Shown: piece by piece, positions 18,474 to 28,436 of the stretch
Layout of the letters: every line of letters starts with the position of its first letter
Numbering within the stretch: position 1 is the stretch's first letter
Assembly (NCBI GenBank): GCA_964291405.2
Contig: OZ219926.1
Coordinates: 3,744,001 to 3,808,000, forward strand
From: Thermodesulfobacteriota bacterium
GTDB taxonomy: Bacteria > Desulfobacterota > Binatia > Bin18
Direction: 5' to 3'
DNA: 64,000 nt
Made by a program: the position numbers and the translations under genes
Notes under the pieces: model-generated
What the model was told of the DNA's origin: nothing
Seen by the model: only the letters and a program-made list of their open reading frames with translations
Databases searched by the model: none

Positions 18474-19505
18474 ATGCGACTCGGATTAGTCACCGGATAC
18501 TCAGGCCCGAACATGCCGCACACCATGGAGGTGATTCTTGAAGCCGAGCGCCTCGGGTTTGACTCAGTCTGGACCGGTGAGGCCTGGGGGTCGGATGTTG
18601 TTTCTTTTCTGGCCTTTGTTGGGGCGCGTACGTCAAAAATCAAGCTGGGAGCGGGAATCTTGCAGATGCAGGCACGCACTCCGGCCATGACGGCCATGAC
18701 CGCTATGACACTTGATGGTTTGACCGACGGGCGTTTTCTGATCGGGCTCGGGCCGTCGAATCCACAGGTCATTGAGGGGTGGCACGGTGTGCCCTATGGC
18801 AAGCCGCTCCAACGCTATCGGGAGTATGTCGAAATTCTACGCAAAATTCTGGCCCGTGAGGAACGGCTTGAGTTTGCCGGTCAGGAATATCAGATTCCGT
18901 ACGCCGGGCCGGATGCCAGCGGGCTGGGCAAGCCGCTGAAGAGTATTCTTCATGGCCGGCCCGATATGAAAATCTACACCGCCTCAATTGGCCCCAAGGG
19001 CATTGCGCTGGCGGCTGAAATTGCCGATGGTCTGCTCCCGGTGTGGATGAGCCCGGATTGGGGCGAATCGTATTATCTCCCGCATCTCGAAGCCGGCTTT
19101 GCCACAGCTGGGAACGGCAAAAGCCGGCGGGATTTTGATCTCGCCCCGTATGTGACGTGTGTGCTGGGCGATGACCTGGACCAATGCCGTGCCCCGGTCA
19201 AAGCCAGCCTGGCCCTGTATATCGGTGGCATGGGGGCTCGCACCAAGAATTTCTATAACAGCTATGTCCGCAACTTCGGCTATGAGGGTCTGGCCACAAC
19301 ATTGCAGGATTTATATCTCTCGGGCCAGAAAGTGGCCGCCCAGGCGGCCGTGCCTGACGAGCTTGTCGATGCCGTCGCCCTGGTCGGTCCCAGGGAACAT
19401 ATCGCCGAACAGCTCACGCGCTGGAAAGCGTCATCCGTCACGACCATGATTATTGGCACGAATCAGGTCGAAGCCCTACGCGTCCTGGCTGAGCTGTGCC
19501 TGTAG
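18474..19505 (+). CDS. LLM-class, probably F420-dependent oxidoreductase (Rv3520c-like)
   Basis: [45 protein letters not shown]. Confidence 0.88.
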   Translation: MRLGLVTGYSGPNMPHTMEVILEAERLGFDSVWTGEAWGSDVVSFLAFVGARTSKIKLGAGILQMQARTPAMTAMTAMTLDGLTDGRFLIGLGPSNPQVIEGWHGVPYGKPLQRYREYVEILRKILAREERLEFAGQEYQIPYAGPDASGLGKPLKSILHGRPDMKIYTASIGPKGIALAAEIADGLLPVWMSPDWGESYYLPHLEAGFATAGNGKSRRDFDLAPYVTCVLGDDLDQCRAPVKASLALYIGGMGARTKNFYNSYVRNFGYEGLATTLQDLYLSGQKVAAQAAVPDELVDAVALVGPREHIAEQLTRWKASSVTTMIIGTNQVEALRVLAELCL

Positions 19506-19557
19506 TACACGACATTGTGAAATTGGACGCAAGTCGCATTTATAGAAAGCCGACAGA

Positions 19558-20190
19558 ATGAAACTCTACATGGTTCCCGCTGCACCGAACCCTACGAAAG
19601 TGATGCTGTATATTGCCGAGAAAACGGCCGCCGGGACTGAGATGGGTATCGAACAGATCCTCGTCAATACGCTCAAAAATGAGCAAAAGAGTGAGGATCA
19701 TCTGGCGCGTAATCCGTTTGGGAGTCTACCCGTGCTGGAGGTTGCGGACAATGATTACATTGTCGAATCTCTGGCGATTATTGAGTATTTGGAAGAGAGC
19801 TTTCCCCAACCGGCGATGTGGGGGAATGGAACGCGCGGACGGATACGCGCACGTGAGCTGGAACGTATCGCCGATCTCCGTGTGCTGCTTCAAGTCGGGC
19901 GTTATGTCCATGCCACGAAATCGCCCATCGGACTTCCCCCTAATCCTGTGTCTGCGGCGCAGGCCAAGCAAGCACTGCCGGTTGCCTTCCAGTACTTTGA
20001 GAATATTTTAGCCGACGATCGCGCACTGCTATTAGGTGATCGCGTATCGGTTGCCGACTGCACCCTTCAGGCCGCCTTGCAGTTCATGCGCTTTGCCAAG
20101 TTTGATCTCATCGCAGACTATCCACATCTCACACGCTGGGACGCCGCGTACCGCCAACGCGCGGCGGCGGAAGCCGTATTGAAATTCTAA
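19558..20190 (+). CDS. Glutathione S-transferase family protein
   Basis: APNPTKV, NPFGSLPVLE, ESLAIIEYLE, SVADCT. Confidence 0.88.
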   Translation: MKLYMVPAAPNPTKVMLYIAEKTAAGTEMGIEQILVNTLKNEQKSEDHLARNPFGSLPVLEVADNDYIVESLAIIEYLEESFPQPAMWGNGTRGRIRARELERIADLRVLLQVGRYVHATKSPIGLPPNPVSAAQAKQALPVAFQYFENILADDRALLLGDRVSVADCTLQAALQFMRFAKFDLIADYPHLTRWDAAYRQRAAAEAVLKF

Positions 20191-20256
20191 GTACGACACG
20201 GCTTTCGCCGTCCTCTTCCACCTACGAAAAGGGATTGAATGAGTAGGAGAAAATTC

Positions 20257-21090
20257 ATGAGAATTGGGGTTTCACTGCCAGTGAGAGAGCTTCAGGGCGA
20301 TTTGGGAGCGATCCGGGCATTCGCCCAGACGGCCGACGAGTTGGGCTATACGCATTTGCGCGTCCCGGATCAGGTCCTCCGGCCCGATAGCGGCTATGTG
20401 CACGAGCCGCTGACGCTGCTGGCCTATGTGGCGGCACTCACGCAGAAGATAGAACTGGTGCCTTCGGTCATTGTCCTGCCCTCACGCCAGACTGTGCTGG
20501 TTGCCAAGCAGACCGCGGAGTTGGATGTACTGTCCGGCGGCCGCTTGCGTCTCGGCATCGGCGTTGGTCCCAGTGCTGAGGAATACCGCGCCCTGGGTGT
20601 GGACTTTCAGACGCGAGGGGATCGCTGCGAAGAACAGATGAGCCTCCTCAAACAGCTCTGGACACAGCCTACGGTTGAATTTGACGGACGTTGGGACAAG
20701 GTGTCAGGCGCCGGTCTGAATCCGCTGCCGGTCCAAAGGTCGATCCCGCTCTGGATTGGCGCCCAGAGTGTTCCCATCCCGCGCATTCGGCGCCGGATCG
20801 GACGCCTGGCCGACGGCTGGTTTGTGCTGTGTACGCCGGAAGAGTTCCCGGCCATACAGGCTGATATTCTACGTGCAGCCGAAACGGCCGGCCGGAGCCC
20901 ACAGGATATCGGTACCGAAGCCGGTGTAGCCGTGGTTGGTCCTCGCGAGGCGGAATGGCGCGACCGGGTGGCCGGCTGGCGGCGGGCCGGCCTCAGCCAC
21001 ATATGTTTACGCACGCTCGGGGGCGGGCTGGATGCGCAGGGTCATCTGGACACTATGCAGCGCGTGTATGCCGAGGTGCCCAGAGACTGA
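20257..21090 (+). CDS. LLM-class oxidoreductase (Rv2161c-like, possibly F420-dependent)
   Basis: HEPLTLLAYVAA, LVAKQTAELDVLSGGRLRLGIGVG. Confidence 0.87.
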   Translation: MRIGVSLPVRELQGDLGAIRAFAQTADELGYTHLRVPDQVLRPDSGYVHEPLTLLAYVAALTQKIELVPSVIVLPSRQTVLVAKQTAELDVLSGGRLRLGIGVGPSAEEYRALGVDFQTRGDRCEEQMSLLKQLWTQPTVEFDGRWDKVSGAGLNPLPVQRSIPLWIGAQSVPIPRIRRRIGRLADGWFVLCTPEEFPAIQADILRAAETAGRSPQDIGTEAGVAVVGPREAEWRDRVAGWRRAGLSHICLRTLGGGLDAQGHLDTMQRVYAEVPRD

Positions 21091-21103
21091 GCTGCCGATT
21101 TCG

Positions 21104-21541
21104 TTAGGCTTCGTCCTTGGGGCCAAAGGAATCGGTCGTGATTCGGCGCGATTTGAACTTCCACTCGCCGCCAACTTTGACGTACTCGTCATTATACCAG
21201 CCCTTCATCTCCCATTTTCTGCCCTCACGGTTCATATGGACTTCCACATAGCACGTCCCTGTGGCTTGGTCCGACTCGCTCAGCTCAATGACGTGATTAT
21301 GAATGAAGGGCCGGGGCTGCATCGCCAGGCCACCCTTGATCATGGTACGCAAGCCGTCGTGTCCCTGTGCACCCGGCAGGCTGGGGTCGTCGGTCGAGAA
21401 TGAGCCGTCTTCGGTAAAGAGGTTGACGTATCCGTCCAGGTCCTGTTGCCACACACAGTGACAATACTGCAAAGGCAGGTTGCGAATGGCTTCTCGGTCA
21501 ACCATTTCCTGCATCTGTGCTTCAAGACTCTTGTCTGCCAT
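21104..21541 (-). CDS. SnoaL/NTF2 family protein
   Basis: DREAI..L...YC, LFTEDG, GWYNDEYVK.GGEWKF. Confidence 0.85.
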   Translation of the reverse strand: MADKSLEAQMQEMVDREAIRNLPLQYCHCVWQQDLDGYVNLFTEDGSFSTDDPSLPGAQGHDGLRTMIKGGLAMQPRPFIHNHVIELSESDQATGTCYVEVHMNREGRKWEMKGWYNDEYVKVGGEWKFKSRRITTDSFGPKDEA

Positions 21542-21603
21542 GTTGTCCTCCTTTTTTGTTCCCCTGTTTCTTCCCTCTGAGAAATGGACAAGGTGTTGTT
21601 GTT

Positions 21604-22404
21604 TTACTCCGGCAGAAACGACGGGCTGCCCGTTTTGGCGGTTTGGCCACCGTCGGCAACAAACGCCGCGCCCGTCACAAACGAGGCCAGATCGGAGGCC
21701 AGAAACAGGATGACATTGGCCATCTCTTCCGGCCTACCCAGCCGTCCCATGGGGATGACCTCGTCGAACTTCTCGGCAAACCCCGGCTGCTCCAGGGCGG
21801 GTGCGATCAGCGGCGTATCGATGGCACCCGGACAGATGCAGTTGGCCCGGATGCCGGCGCGGGCATACTCAACGGCCACCACCCTGGTGAGATTGATCAC
21901 ACCGGCCTTGGCGGCGTTATACGCGGCAATGCCATAATCGGCCCGCAGCCCCGAAATGGAGGCGGTGTTGACGATAGTCCCACCGCCGTTCTGGCGCATG
22001 ACCGGAATGGCTTTTTTCATGGCGTGAAAGACCGATGACAAACCCAGGTCGATGGTATTGTCCCAGACTCTGTCCTCCAGATCGGCTGTACGGGCCATGA
22101 CCGTACTGTCAGGCCGAGCTGCGGGCAGCCCAAAGGCATTATTATGCAGAAAATCGAGCCGGCCAAAGGCATCCGTCGTGGTCGCAATCATGCGGTCGAG
22201 GGCGGACAGCTGGGTCACATCGGCAATCACCGCAATGGCCTTCCCGCCCGCTACCGTGATCTCGGCGACCACCGCGTTCGCGTTCTCTGCGTTAATATCC
22301 GCAACCGCAACCGCCCCGCCGCGCTGGGCAAATCCCAGTGCGGTGGCACGGCCAATGCCCGAGGCCGCACCCGTCACCAAGCCGACTTTACCGCTAAAAT
22401 CCAT
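21604..22404 (-). CDS. SDR family oxidoreductase
   Basis: TGAASGIG, HNNA, YNAAK, ICPG. Confidence 0.92.
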   Translation of the reverse strand: MDFSGKVGLVTGAASGIGRATALGFAQRGGAVAVADINAENANAVVAEITVAGGKAIAVIADVTQLSALDRMIATTTDAFGRLDFLHNNAFGLPAARPDSTVMARTADLEDRVWDNTIDLGLSSVFHAMKKAIPVMRQNGGGTIVNTASISGLRADYGIAAYNAAKAGVINLTRVVAVEYARAGIRANCICPGAIDTPLIAPALEQPGFAEKFDEVIPMGRLGRPEEMANVILFLASDLASFVTGAAFVADGGQTAKTGSPSFLPE

Positions 22405-22429
22405 AGGTGTGTCTCCTCAGCAACCGCGG

Positions 22430-23548
22430 CTACTCTAGACTGAAAATGCGGGCTCCATTATCCCAGAACAGCTTGCGTTTCGACTCTTCCGGAATGGGCT
22501 GGTCGAGCATGGCCTGCACACCCCACGGGTAGGTGCCGTCGGGGTGCGGATAGTCGGAGTCCCAGGTAAAATTCTCGTCGCCGACCAGTTCGACCGCCGC
22601 TTTCATGGTGGGCTCGTCGCCCCGGAAGCCCACGCACACATTGCTGCGAAAATACTCCGTCGGCGGCCGGGTGAGATATTCATGCTCGGCATTACCGCTG
22701 AACTTCCAGTGCTGTTCCATGCGTTGCAGCCAGTACGGGGTCCAGCCGCCGTCGCCCTCGACGTGGATGACCTTGAGTTGGGGGAATTTTTCAAAGATAC
22801 CGAACCAGATCAGGCCAGCCATGGCCGCCATGGCCTCAAACGGATGGGATAAAATATGACCGCTGGTATGCGTGTCCATGCGGTCGCCAAACGAGGGCAC
22901 CGAAGCCGAGGCCGAGTCATGGGTGGAGATGGGCTTCCCCAGCCTCTCAATGGTCGCCCACAGCGGATGATAGTCCTCATGCCACAGCGTCCGGCCGCCG
23001 ACCGGATTGGGCCGCATATAATAACTGACACAGCCGTTTGCCGCGGCGCGTTCGGCCTCTTTGATCGCCTCTTCCGGTTCCTGCATGGGCAGGGCTGCGG
23101 CCCAGCGGAGACGTTCGGGCGCTTCGGAGGTGTAGTCGGTGGCCCAGTTGTTATAGGCTCGGCAGCAGGCTGCCAGCAGTTTGGTGTCGCGGAACTCGCG
23201 GCCGAGCATCTGGCCGGTATAGGTCGGGTAGAGAATCTGGACATCCACGCCTTGCTCGTCCATGTCCATGAGTCGGCTTGTGGCACTAAAGCCGGTTTCT
23301 TTGGCCCGCTCAAAGCGGTCCATGGCCTTATACGCCGCCTTCAGAAACGCCTTGGCCGCCATCGGGTATTTACCCTTTTCTCGGGTAAACGACTCGCCTT
23401 CGACCAGAAAGGTGCGACGACCCGACCCCGGTGCCTCGCCCATCCGGGGCGCTTCGGCCTTATACGCGTCTTCCATATGCCGTTCCCACAGCCAGTCCGG
23501 CTCCATCATATGAGAATCGGTATCAACAATTTTGAATCCGTCACGCAT
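22430..23548 (-). CDS. Amidohydrolase family 2 protein
   Basis: DTDSH, RLMDMDEQGVD, AYNNW, SDYPHPD. Confidence 0.9.
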   Translation of the reverse strand: MRDGFKIVDTDSHMMEPDWLWERHMEDAYKAEAPRMGEAPGSGRRTFLVEGESFTREKGKYPMAAKAFLKAAYKAMDRFERAKETGFSATSRLMDMDEQGVDVQILYPTYTGQMLGREFRDTKLLAACCRAYNNWATDYTSEAPERLRWAAALPMQEPEEAIKEAERAAANGCVSYYMRPNPVGGRTLWHEDYHPLWATIERLGKPISTHDSASASVPSFGDRMDTHTSGHILSHPFEAMAAMAGLIWFGIFEKFPQLKVIHVEGDGGWTPYWLQRMEQHWKFSGNAEHEYLTRPPTEYFRSNVCVGFRGDEPTMKAAVELVGDENFTWDSDYPHPDGTYPWGVQAMLDQPIPEESKRKLFWDNGARIFSLE

Positions 23549-23656
23549 GGTCAGCTCCCTCCAGTATGTGCTGCTTTTTCATAGCCGTTCAGGCTGTTGT
23601 GTGGTATCCACCTCTGTCGTCACGGGACCTCTGTTATCACAAGAATAGAGGGCCGG

Positions 23657-24841
23657 TCAGCCCTTGGGCAGCCCGAGCACCCGCTCGCCGATGATGTTGT
23701 GCTGAATCTCGTTGGTCCCGGCCGCGATGGTACTGCGCCGTGCCGCCAGCATGCGATGTGACCATTTGCCGCGGTCAATTGCCCTGCTGGCTTGATACTC
23801 GAACTGGCTGTAGGGGCCCAACAACTCCATGGCAAAGTCCTGCATGCGCAGGTTCAGGCCGCTCGTGCCGAGCTTCATAATCGAGCCTTCCGGCCCAGGC
23901 GGGAGCCCTTTGAGTTGGCTGGTGAGCTGCCGGAAACTGGTGTATTTGAGCGCCGCGGCCTCGCAGGCGAAGCCGGCCAGGCTTTGCCGTACATAGCTGT
24001 CCTCCCAGGCCGGACGACCGCCCCGGTCCACTTTTTTTGCCAATTCGGTGAGCTGTCTGACCTCGACCATCATGTCGGTGCGCCCACCGTGAATCGTACG
24101 CTCGAACATCATATTGGTCATGGCGACCATCCAGCCCTGGTTCTTCTCCCCGACAAGGTTGGCCAGGGGGACCTGGACATCATCGAAAAACACTTGGTTG
24201 AACCCGCTCTCCCCGGTCATCTGGACTAGCGGCCGCACGGTGATGCCGGGGCTTTTCATATCGACCAGCAGATAGCTGAGGCCTTTATGCTTGGGCGCAT
24301 CGGGATCGGTCCGACACAGCAGGGTGGTGAAGTTGGCGCGGTGGGCGTTGGAGGTCCAGACCTTGGAGCCGTTGACCAGGAAGTGGTCGCCCCGGTCAAC
24401 CGCCCGCGTCTCAACAGCGGCGAGGTCGGAGCCGTGGTCGGGTTCTGACAGGCCCTGGCACCAGATCTCCTCGGCCGGTGGAATCTTGGGGATATAGCGC
24501 TGCTTCTGTTCCGGCGTGCCCCATTGCATCAGCGTCGGTCCCACCCGCGCGATGCCCTGAAAATTGACCGTGGGTGGGGCCTTGGCGCGGTCGAGTTCCT
24601 GCTGGTAGATGACCTGCTGGATCAGGCTTGCGCCGCGACCGCCATACTCCTGGGGCCAGTGGATGCACATCCAGCCTCCGTCGTACAACTGGCGATGCCA
24701 GGCGCGGCGCCGCTCGAACTCTTCCAGGGTGTCCGGGTCGCGCAGCTCGTCATCCCGCCAGTCGCGGGGAATGTTGTGTTCGAGCCAGCTTCTGAATTCC
24801 TGCCGAAAGGTTTCGTCTTCCGGGCTGAATTTGAAATCCAT
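23657..24841 (-). CDS. Acyl-CoA dehydrogenase
   Basis: WCQGLSEPDHGSDLA, NGSKVWTS, FNQVFFDDV, AGTNEIQHNIIGERVLGLP. Confidence 0.93.
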   Translation of the reverse strand: MDFKFSPEDETFRQEFRSWLEHNIPRDWRDDELRDPDTLEEFERRRAWHRQLYDGGWMCIHWPQEYGGRGASLIQQVIYQQELDRAKAPPTVNFQGIARVGPTLMQWGTPEQKQRYIPKIPPAEEIWCQGLSEPDHGSDLAAVETRAVDRGDHFLVNGSKVWTSNAHRANFTTLLCRTDPDAPKHKGLSYLLVDMKSPGITVRPLVQMTGESGFNQVFFDDVQVPLANLVGEKNQGWMVAMTNMMFERTIHGGRTDMMVEVRQLTELAKKVDRGGRPAWEDSYVRQSLAGFACEAAALKYTSFRQLTSQLKGLPPGPEGSIMKLGTSGLNLRMQDFAMELLGPYSQFEYQASRAIDRGKWSHRMLAARRSTIAAGTNEIQHNIIGERVLGLPKG

Positions 24842-24843
24842 AC

Positions 24844-25359
24844 TTAGGCTCTTTCTTCCAACTCGGCCAGTAACTCGTCCAGGTCCACCTTCCCGCGGCC
24901 GGCCTGAATATTACCCTGCGCGTCGCGGGACCATGTCTCGGGCGGCCGGTCCACCGAAAGTTCCACCCCGTTGCCGTCCGGGTCAGCTAGGTAGACGGAT
25001 TCGGACACGCCGTGGTCGGAGGTGCCCTGCAAAGGATAGTCCGCCTGCCGTAGCGCCTTTACCGCCCGGGCCAGTTCCCGACGGCTAGGGTAGAGAATGG
25101 CAAAGTGATATAGCCCTGTATGTCCGGGCGGGGGCGGACTCGCCTCTGGGCCTGCCCAGGTATTCAGCGCCAGGTGGTGATGGTAGCCGCCGGCGGACAG
25201 AAACACAGCCGAATCCTTGTAGCGCATGGTCTCCTCAAAGCCCAACAGGTCGCGGTAAAAGGCTAATGAGCGCTCCAGGTCGGTTACCGTCAGATGAATA
25301 TGGCCGATTTGGGTTTGAGGATGAATCGGCTCGGACGACGCTGTCGCTGCTTGTGCCAT
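24844..25359 (-). CDS. VOC/glyoxalase family protein (CatE-like domain)
   Basis: IGHIHLTV.DL, GGYHHHLALNTW, GLYHFAI, DHGVSESVYLADPDGNGVE. Confidence 0.9.
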   Translation of the reverse strand: MAQAATASSEPIHPQTQIGHIHLTVTDLERSLAFYRDLLGFEETMRYKDSAVFLSAGGYHHHLALNTWAGPEASPPPPGHTGLYHFAILYPSRRELARAVKALRQADYPLQGTSDHGVSESVYLADPDGNGVELSVDRPPETWSRDAQGNIQAGRGKVDLDELLAELEERA

Positions 25360-25376
25360 AAGAACTCTCTCCTTAG

Positions 25377-25769
25377 CTAGCCGTTGATAAAAGCGTCTTC
25401 GCTATCGAGTTGAGTGAGGATTTGCATCCATAAGCCCAAGGTGACCCCGCCGCCGGGAATAGCCGCGGATTGGCCGGCCTCGAACAGCTCGCGCTTTGTG
25501 GCTCCATGTTCGATTGCCCGTTTGAGATGGGCCACGGCTCCTTCCTTCCGGCCCGTAAACACCAGAATGGCGGTCATGACCATTTCACGGTATTTGACCG
25601 GAAGGGCCTGACCCTCCCCGGTGCCCTTCTCGCCGTAGGCTCGGAACGCCTCAGCGTAGTCGGGGTCTTGCTGCTCCATCCAATCAAGAAAGGCGTACAG
25701 TTGCGGATCGGCTTCGGCGTATGAACTCGTTGCTACCCGTGCCGGTGCTGCCGCGTCGGATGCGCTCAT
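25377..25769 (-). CDS. Carboxymuconolactone decarboxylase/AhpD-fold protein
   Basis: LPVKYREMV..HLKRAIEHGAT..EL.EA; AGGAGG RBS before ATG 25769. Confidence 0.75.
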   Translation of the reverse strand: MSASDAAAPARVATSSYAEADPQLYAFLDWMEQQDPDYAEAFRAYGEKGTGEGQALPVKYREMVMTAILVFTGRKEGAVAHLKRAIEHGATKRELFEAGQSAAIPGGGVTLGLWMQILTQLDSEDAFING

Positions 25770-25828
25770 AAGTGTCCTCCTTTTTCTTGGGCCATAGCAT
25801 CTTGGACCGTTGGGGCCAAGAGAGAAGC

Positions 25829-26908
25829 TTATTCTCGCCACTCCAGCCAACGCCCGTGGGCATGGGCAGCGGCTACGTGGCGTTTCGTATAGGCGCCGTT
25901 TTTGAAATCCCTGATGAGAAGCTGGGCCCAGCCTTCTGGGACGCCATCCAGGATGATGACGGAGACGGGTCGGGTTGCTGAGAATGCGGCTAACATCCCC
26001 CACAAGTCTTTGCGGGCTTCAGGCGAAAGTTGGTAGAGGACCATGGAGGCGTAGAGACACAGGTGTGAGTCCTGTGGGGCCTGGGCTAACAGGTCGGGCA
26101 AATGGGTAAGCGCGTCGCCTGTTACAATCGGAACCGTATGATCGCGGGCGATACGGGCGGCGGCTTCAGTTTCCTGGTGACGCTCCAGGTGTTCGGGAAA
26201 GATGAGCGCACGCAGCCAGCGCATGGCATCCGCGTCCGTCACGTCGATCGGGTTGATGTCGACCCCCGCGCGCCAGGCGATACGGAATTCTTCAGGCAGG
26301 GACGGGAGGGGGACGGTCCCTCTGACCTGGGTTGAAAGTTGAACGGCCGAGTTCTTGTCGCCCCACGTTCTGTTTGTCCCGGACGGATACTCATAGCGGT
26401 GGTAATAACGATCCCAATGGAGGTTCAGTCCGGCGCTGCTTCCGACCTCGATCATCGAGAGGGGCTGATTCCCGGACTCTCGTGCAAGCTGAGCAAAGAC
26501 TGGCAGAAGACAGGTCGTGCGGCGGACGACGTTGGTTTGGACCAAACGGGTTGTGATGAGCTGCCTGATTGTCTCGATGTGATGCCACACAAAGTCTTGA
26601 AACAGCGGATAAGTTTCCTTAGAGGGCGGACTCGGTGTTTTTTCTGAGGCAACCACGTCCGGGTAGAAGTCGCGCAAGGGATGGCGAACTCCGCCGAGAA
26701 GGAGATAATGCACCGCGCCGAACAGCAGGTTTGCCGACGGTTGCGAGGGCGGACAGCTGGCGGCGAAGCGCAGCATGTCGGGGTCGTCCAGTACGCCTAC
26801 CGATAAGGCATGGTACAGGGGCGAGCCGTTTTCTGGCGCCTGTTTCAGACCGAAGTTACGGAAGTAGGCGCGGACCTGATCGGGATTACTGCTTGGCTGG
26901 GAAGACAT
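25829..26908 (-). CDS. DUF2332 family protein
   Basis: SPLY, LLFGAVHYL, VQTNVVRR, IEVGSSAGLNL.WDRY, WLRALIFPE, AHAHGRWLEW. Confidence 0.85.
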   Translation of the reverse strand: MSSQPSSNPDQVRAYFRNFGLKQAPENGSPLYHALSVGVLDDPDMLRFAASCPPSQPSANLLFGAVHYLLLGGVRHPLRDFYPDVVASEKTPSPPSKETYPLFQDFVWHHIETIRQLITTRLVQTNVVRRTTCLLPVFAQLARESGNQPLSMIEVGSSAGLNLHWDRYYHRYEYPSGTNRTWGDKNSAVQLSTQVRGTVPLPSLPEEFRIAWRAGVDINPIDVTDADAMRWLRALIFPEHLERHQETEAAARIARDHTVPIVTGDALTHLPDLLAQAPQDSHLCLYASMVLYQLSPEARKDLWGMLAAFSATRPVSVIILDGVPEGWAQLLIRDFKNGAYTKRHVAAAHAHGRWLEWRE

Positions 26909-27022
26909 GGGTGAGCGCGTCTCCTGTCACAATAGGAACCGGGTTATCGCGAGTGATGCGGGCGGCGGCTTCTACTCATAGCGGGGATAATAACGATCCC
27001 AATGGAGGTTTAGTCCAGCACT
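26907..27022 (-). pseudogene. Two fused relic fragments of a diverged DUF2332 allele
   Basis: 26907-26972 matches 26102-26167 (EAAARITRDNPVPIVTGDALTH vs EAAARIARDHTVPIVTGDALTH). 26973-27022 matches 26388-26437 (SAGLNLHWDRYYPRYE vs SAGLNLHWDRYYHRYE). Confidence 0.9.
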
Positions 27023-27298
27023 TTCATACCTGGCCTCAGGCCAATGGCTTCGCCCGGAAAATATTGATGGCCGGCAATGGATTCCTCGAAGGATGCGCCG
27101 TCCTTCGTCGGTGCGAAGTGAAATGACCGACCCCATCCGAACTCCTATAAAGTCGGTAATCAGATCGTAAAACGCCTTTACCATGAGGGTGTACTTTTCA
27201 TTACCCTTCTCCTGGCTGTTACGGTACTTTGACAGGGTTTTGGCCGTGTCTTCCGGTCGAACCGCCTTGGAAATAGGATTATAAAAGTCAGTCGCCAT
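27010..27298 (-). pseudogene. Sterol C24-methyltransferase (ERG6/SMT1-like) N-terminal fragment, frameshifted and truncated
   Basis: YTLMVKAFYDLITDF, then after a +1 shift near 27146 EFGWGRSFHFAPTKDGASFEESIAGHQYFPGEAIGLRPGMKVLD*. This matches SMT region I (YE(Y/F)GWGxSFHFA) and the start of SAM motif I. Confidence 0.85.
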
Positions 27299-28343
27299 TA
27301 TTGTTGTTTTCAGACAAGTTAGTGACTAGGCCGTCAGGGTAGAATTGCCGGTACCACCGATGCATTTTGCCTCTAGGACCAGCGTCCCTAGTCCATAAGG
27401 GGCGTTGCCGGTAGATTTTTCTTTTCCATATCTCCACGTCCTGCCGCCATTGCGAGACCCAGTTCCCAACCACATAGGACACAAGTATTCGTGGCACCCG
27501 TCGGGGGGCGAACCACCGGAAGGTCACTCGTTGTTTCAACGCTTCTACGGGGGTGTGCGTCTGGAATATCGTGATGGTGCCAATGCGTGGAACCTCAAGA
27601 TCGAATTGCACGATGCTGCCAGGACCGAGAAAGGTAGCGCGCCCCCGAGCCCTGGTGCTTTCGTACACCCGGCCCGCTATCTCCAGCGTTGTCTCGTCTC
27701 CAAAATAGGAAACGTGCTCAAGTTTGTCGTCGAGCGACCACGAAGGCTCGTGCCGAATTCTTATCCAAGGCAGTTTTATGCTGGTCCAGGGGATGCGCAT
27801 GGTACCGTGGAGTTTTGAAAAGTGCTGAAAGTCAACGCTATTTTCAGCAAATTCGATAATGTGCATTGCGACCTCGCCCGCGTCGTACTGGCCGCGATAG
27901 ACAAGCTGCCGGTTGTCAATGTTCGGTTGCGGCGGAAGTCGATAGGGTGCCTGCGCGTCCCGGCGCGCCGACCAGTAGACCATGGCCATACCGTAGTAGT
28001 CGATTGCTTTCCAGTGCCGATGGACGGCAGGTCGATCTTTGGCGCAGGGGTGGTCGCGAATCCTGCCGTTTCCGTCTAGTTGCCAGCCGTGAAAAGGGCA
28101 TTCCAGCCGGTCCCCCTTGACCCGGCCGTGAGCTAGGTTCGCACCCTGGTGCGGGCAGAATGTATCTACGGCCGCAATCCCGCCATCTGTCTTGCTGCGA
28201 AATAGGGCGATCTGCTCCCCCGCGCACTGAACGTGCTTTACTTCTCCCGGCCTGATTCCCCCGGACGCCGCTACCCTGTACCAGCCGTCCGGAAAGGGTG
28301 GCGGGTAAGTGAGTTCTCTATAGCGTGTCAGGTTGACGGACAT
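27288..28343 (-). CDS. Rieske non-haem iron oxygenase, Neverland/DAF-36 cholesterol 7-desaturase or KshA-like
   Basis: PPPFPDGWY N-terminus, CPHQGANL and CPFHGW Rieske ligands, ENSVDFQHFSKLH mononuclear Fe motif, QDVEIW..K, RWYRQFY. Confidence 0.82.
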   Translation of the reverse strand: MSVNLTRYRELTYPPPFPDGWYRVAASGGIRPGEVKHVQCAGEQIALFRSKTDGGIAAVDTFCPHQGANLAHGRVKGDRLECPFHGWQLDGNGRIRDHPCAKDRPAVHRHWKAIDYYGMAMVYWSARRDAQAPYRLPPQPNIDNRQLVYRGQYDAGEVAMHIIEFAENSVDFQHFSKLHGTMRIPWTSIKLPWIRIRHEPSWSLDDKLEHVSYFGDETTLEIAGRVYESTRARGRATFLGPGSIVQFDLEVPRIGTITIFQTHTPVEALKQRVTFRWFAPRRVPRILVSYVVGNWVSQWRQDVEIWKRKIYRQRPLWTRDAGPRGKMHRWYRQFYPDGLVTNLSENNNNGD

Positions 28344-28436
28344 GAAACAGCAGCCTCTCCTGACACGGAATAAAGTGCGGGCTATTCAAGGCCGTTTCCC
28401 TAGTTCAAGGTCTTGACAATCCGCCCAGAGTAGGAC

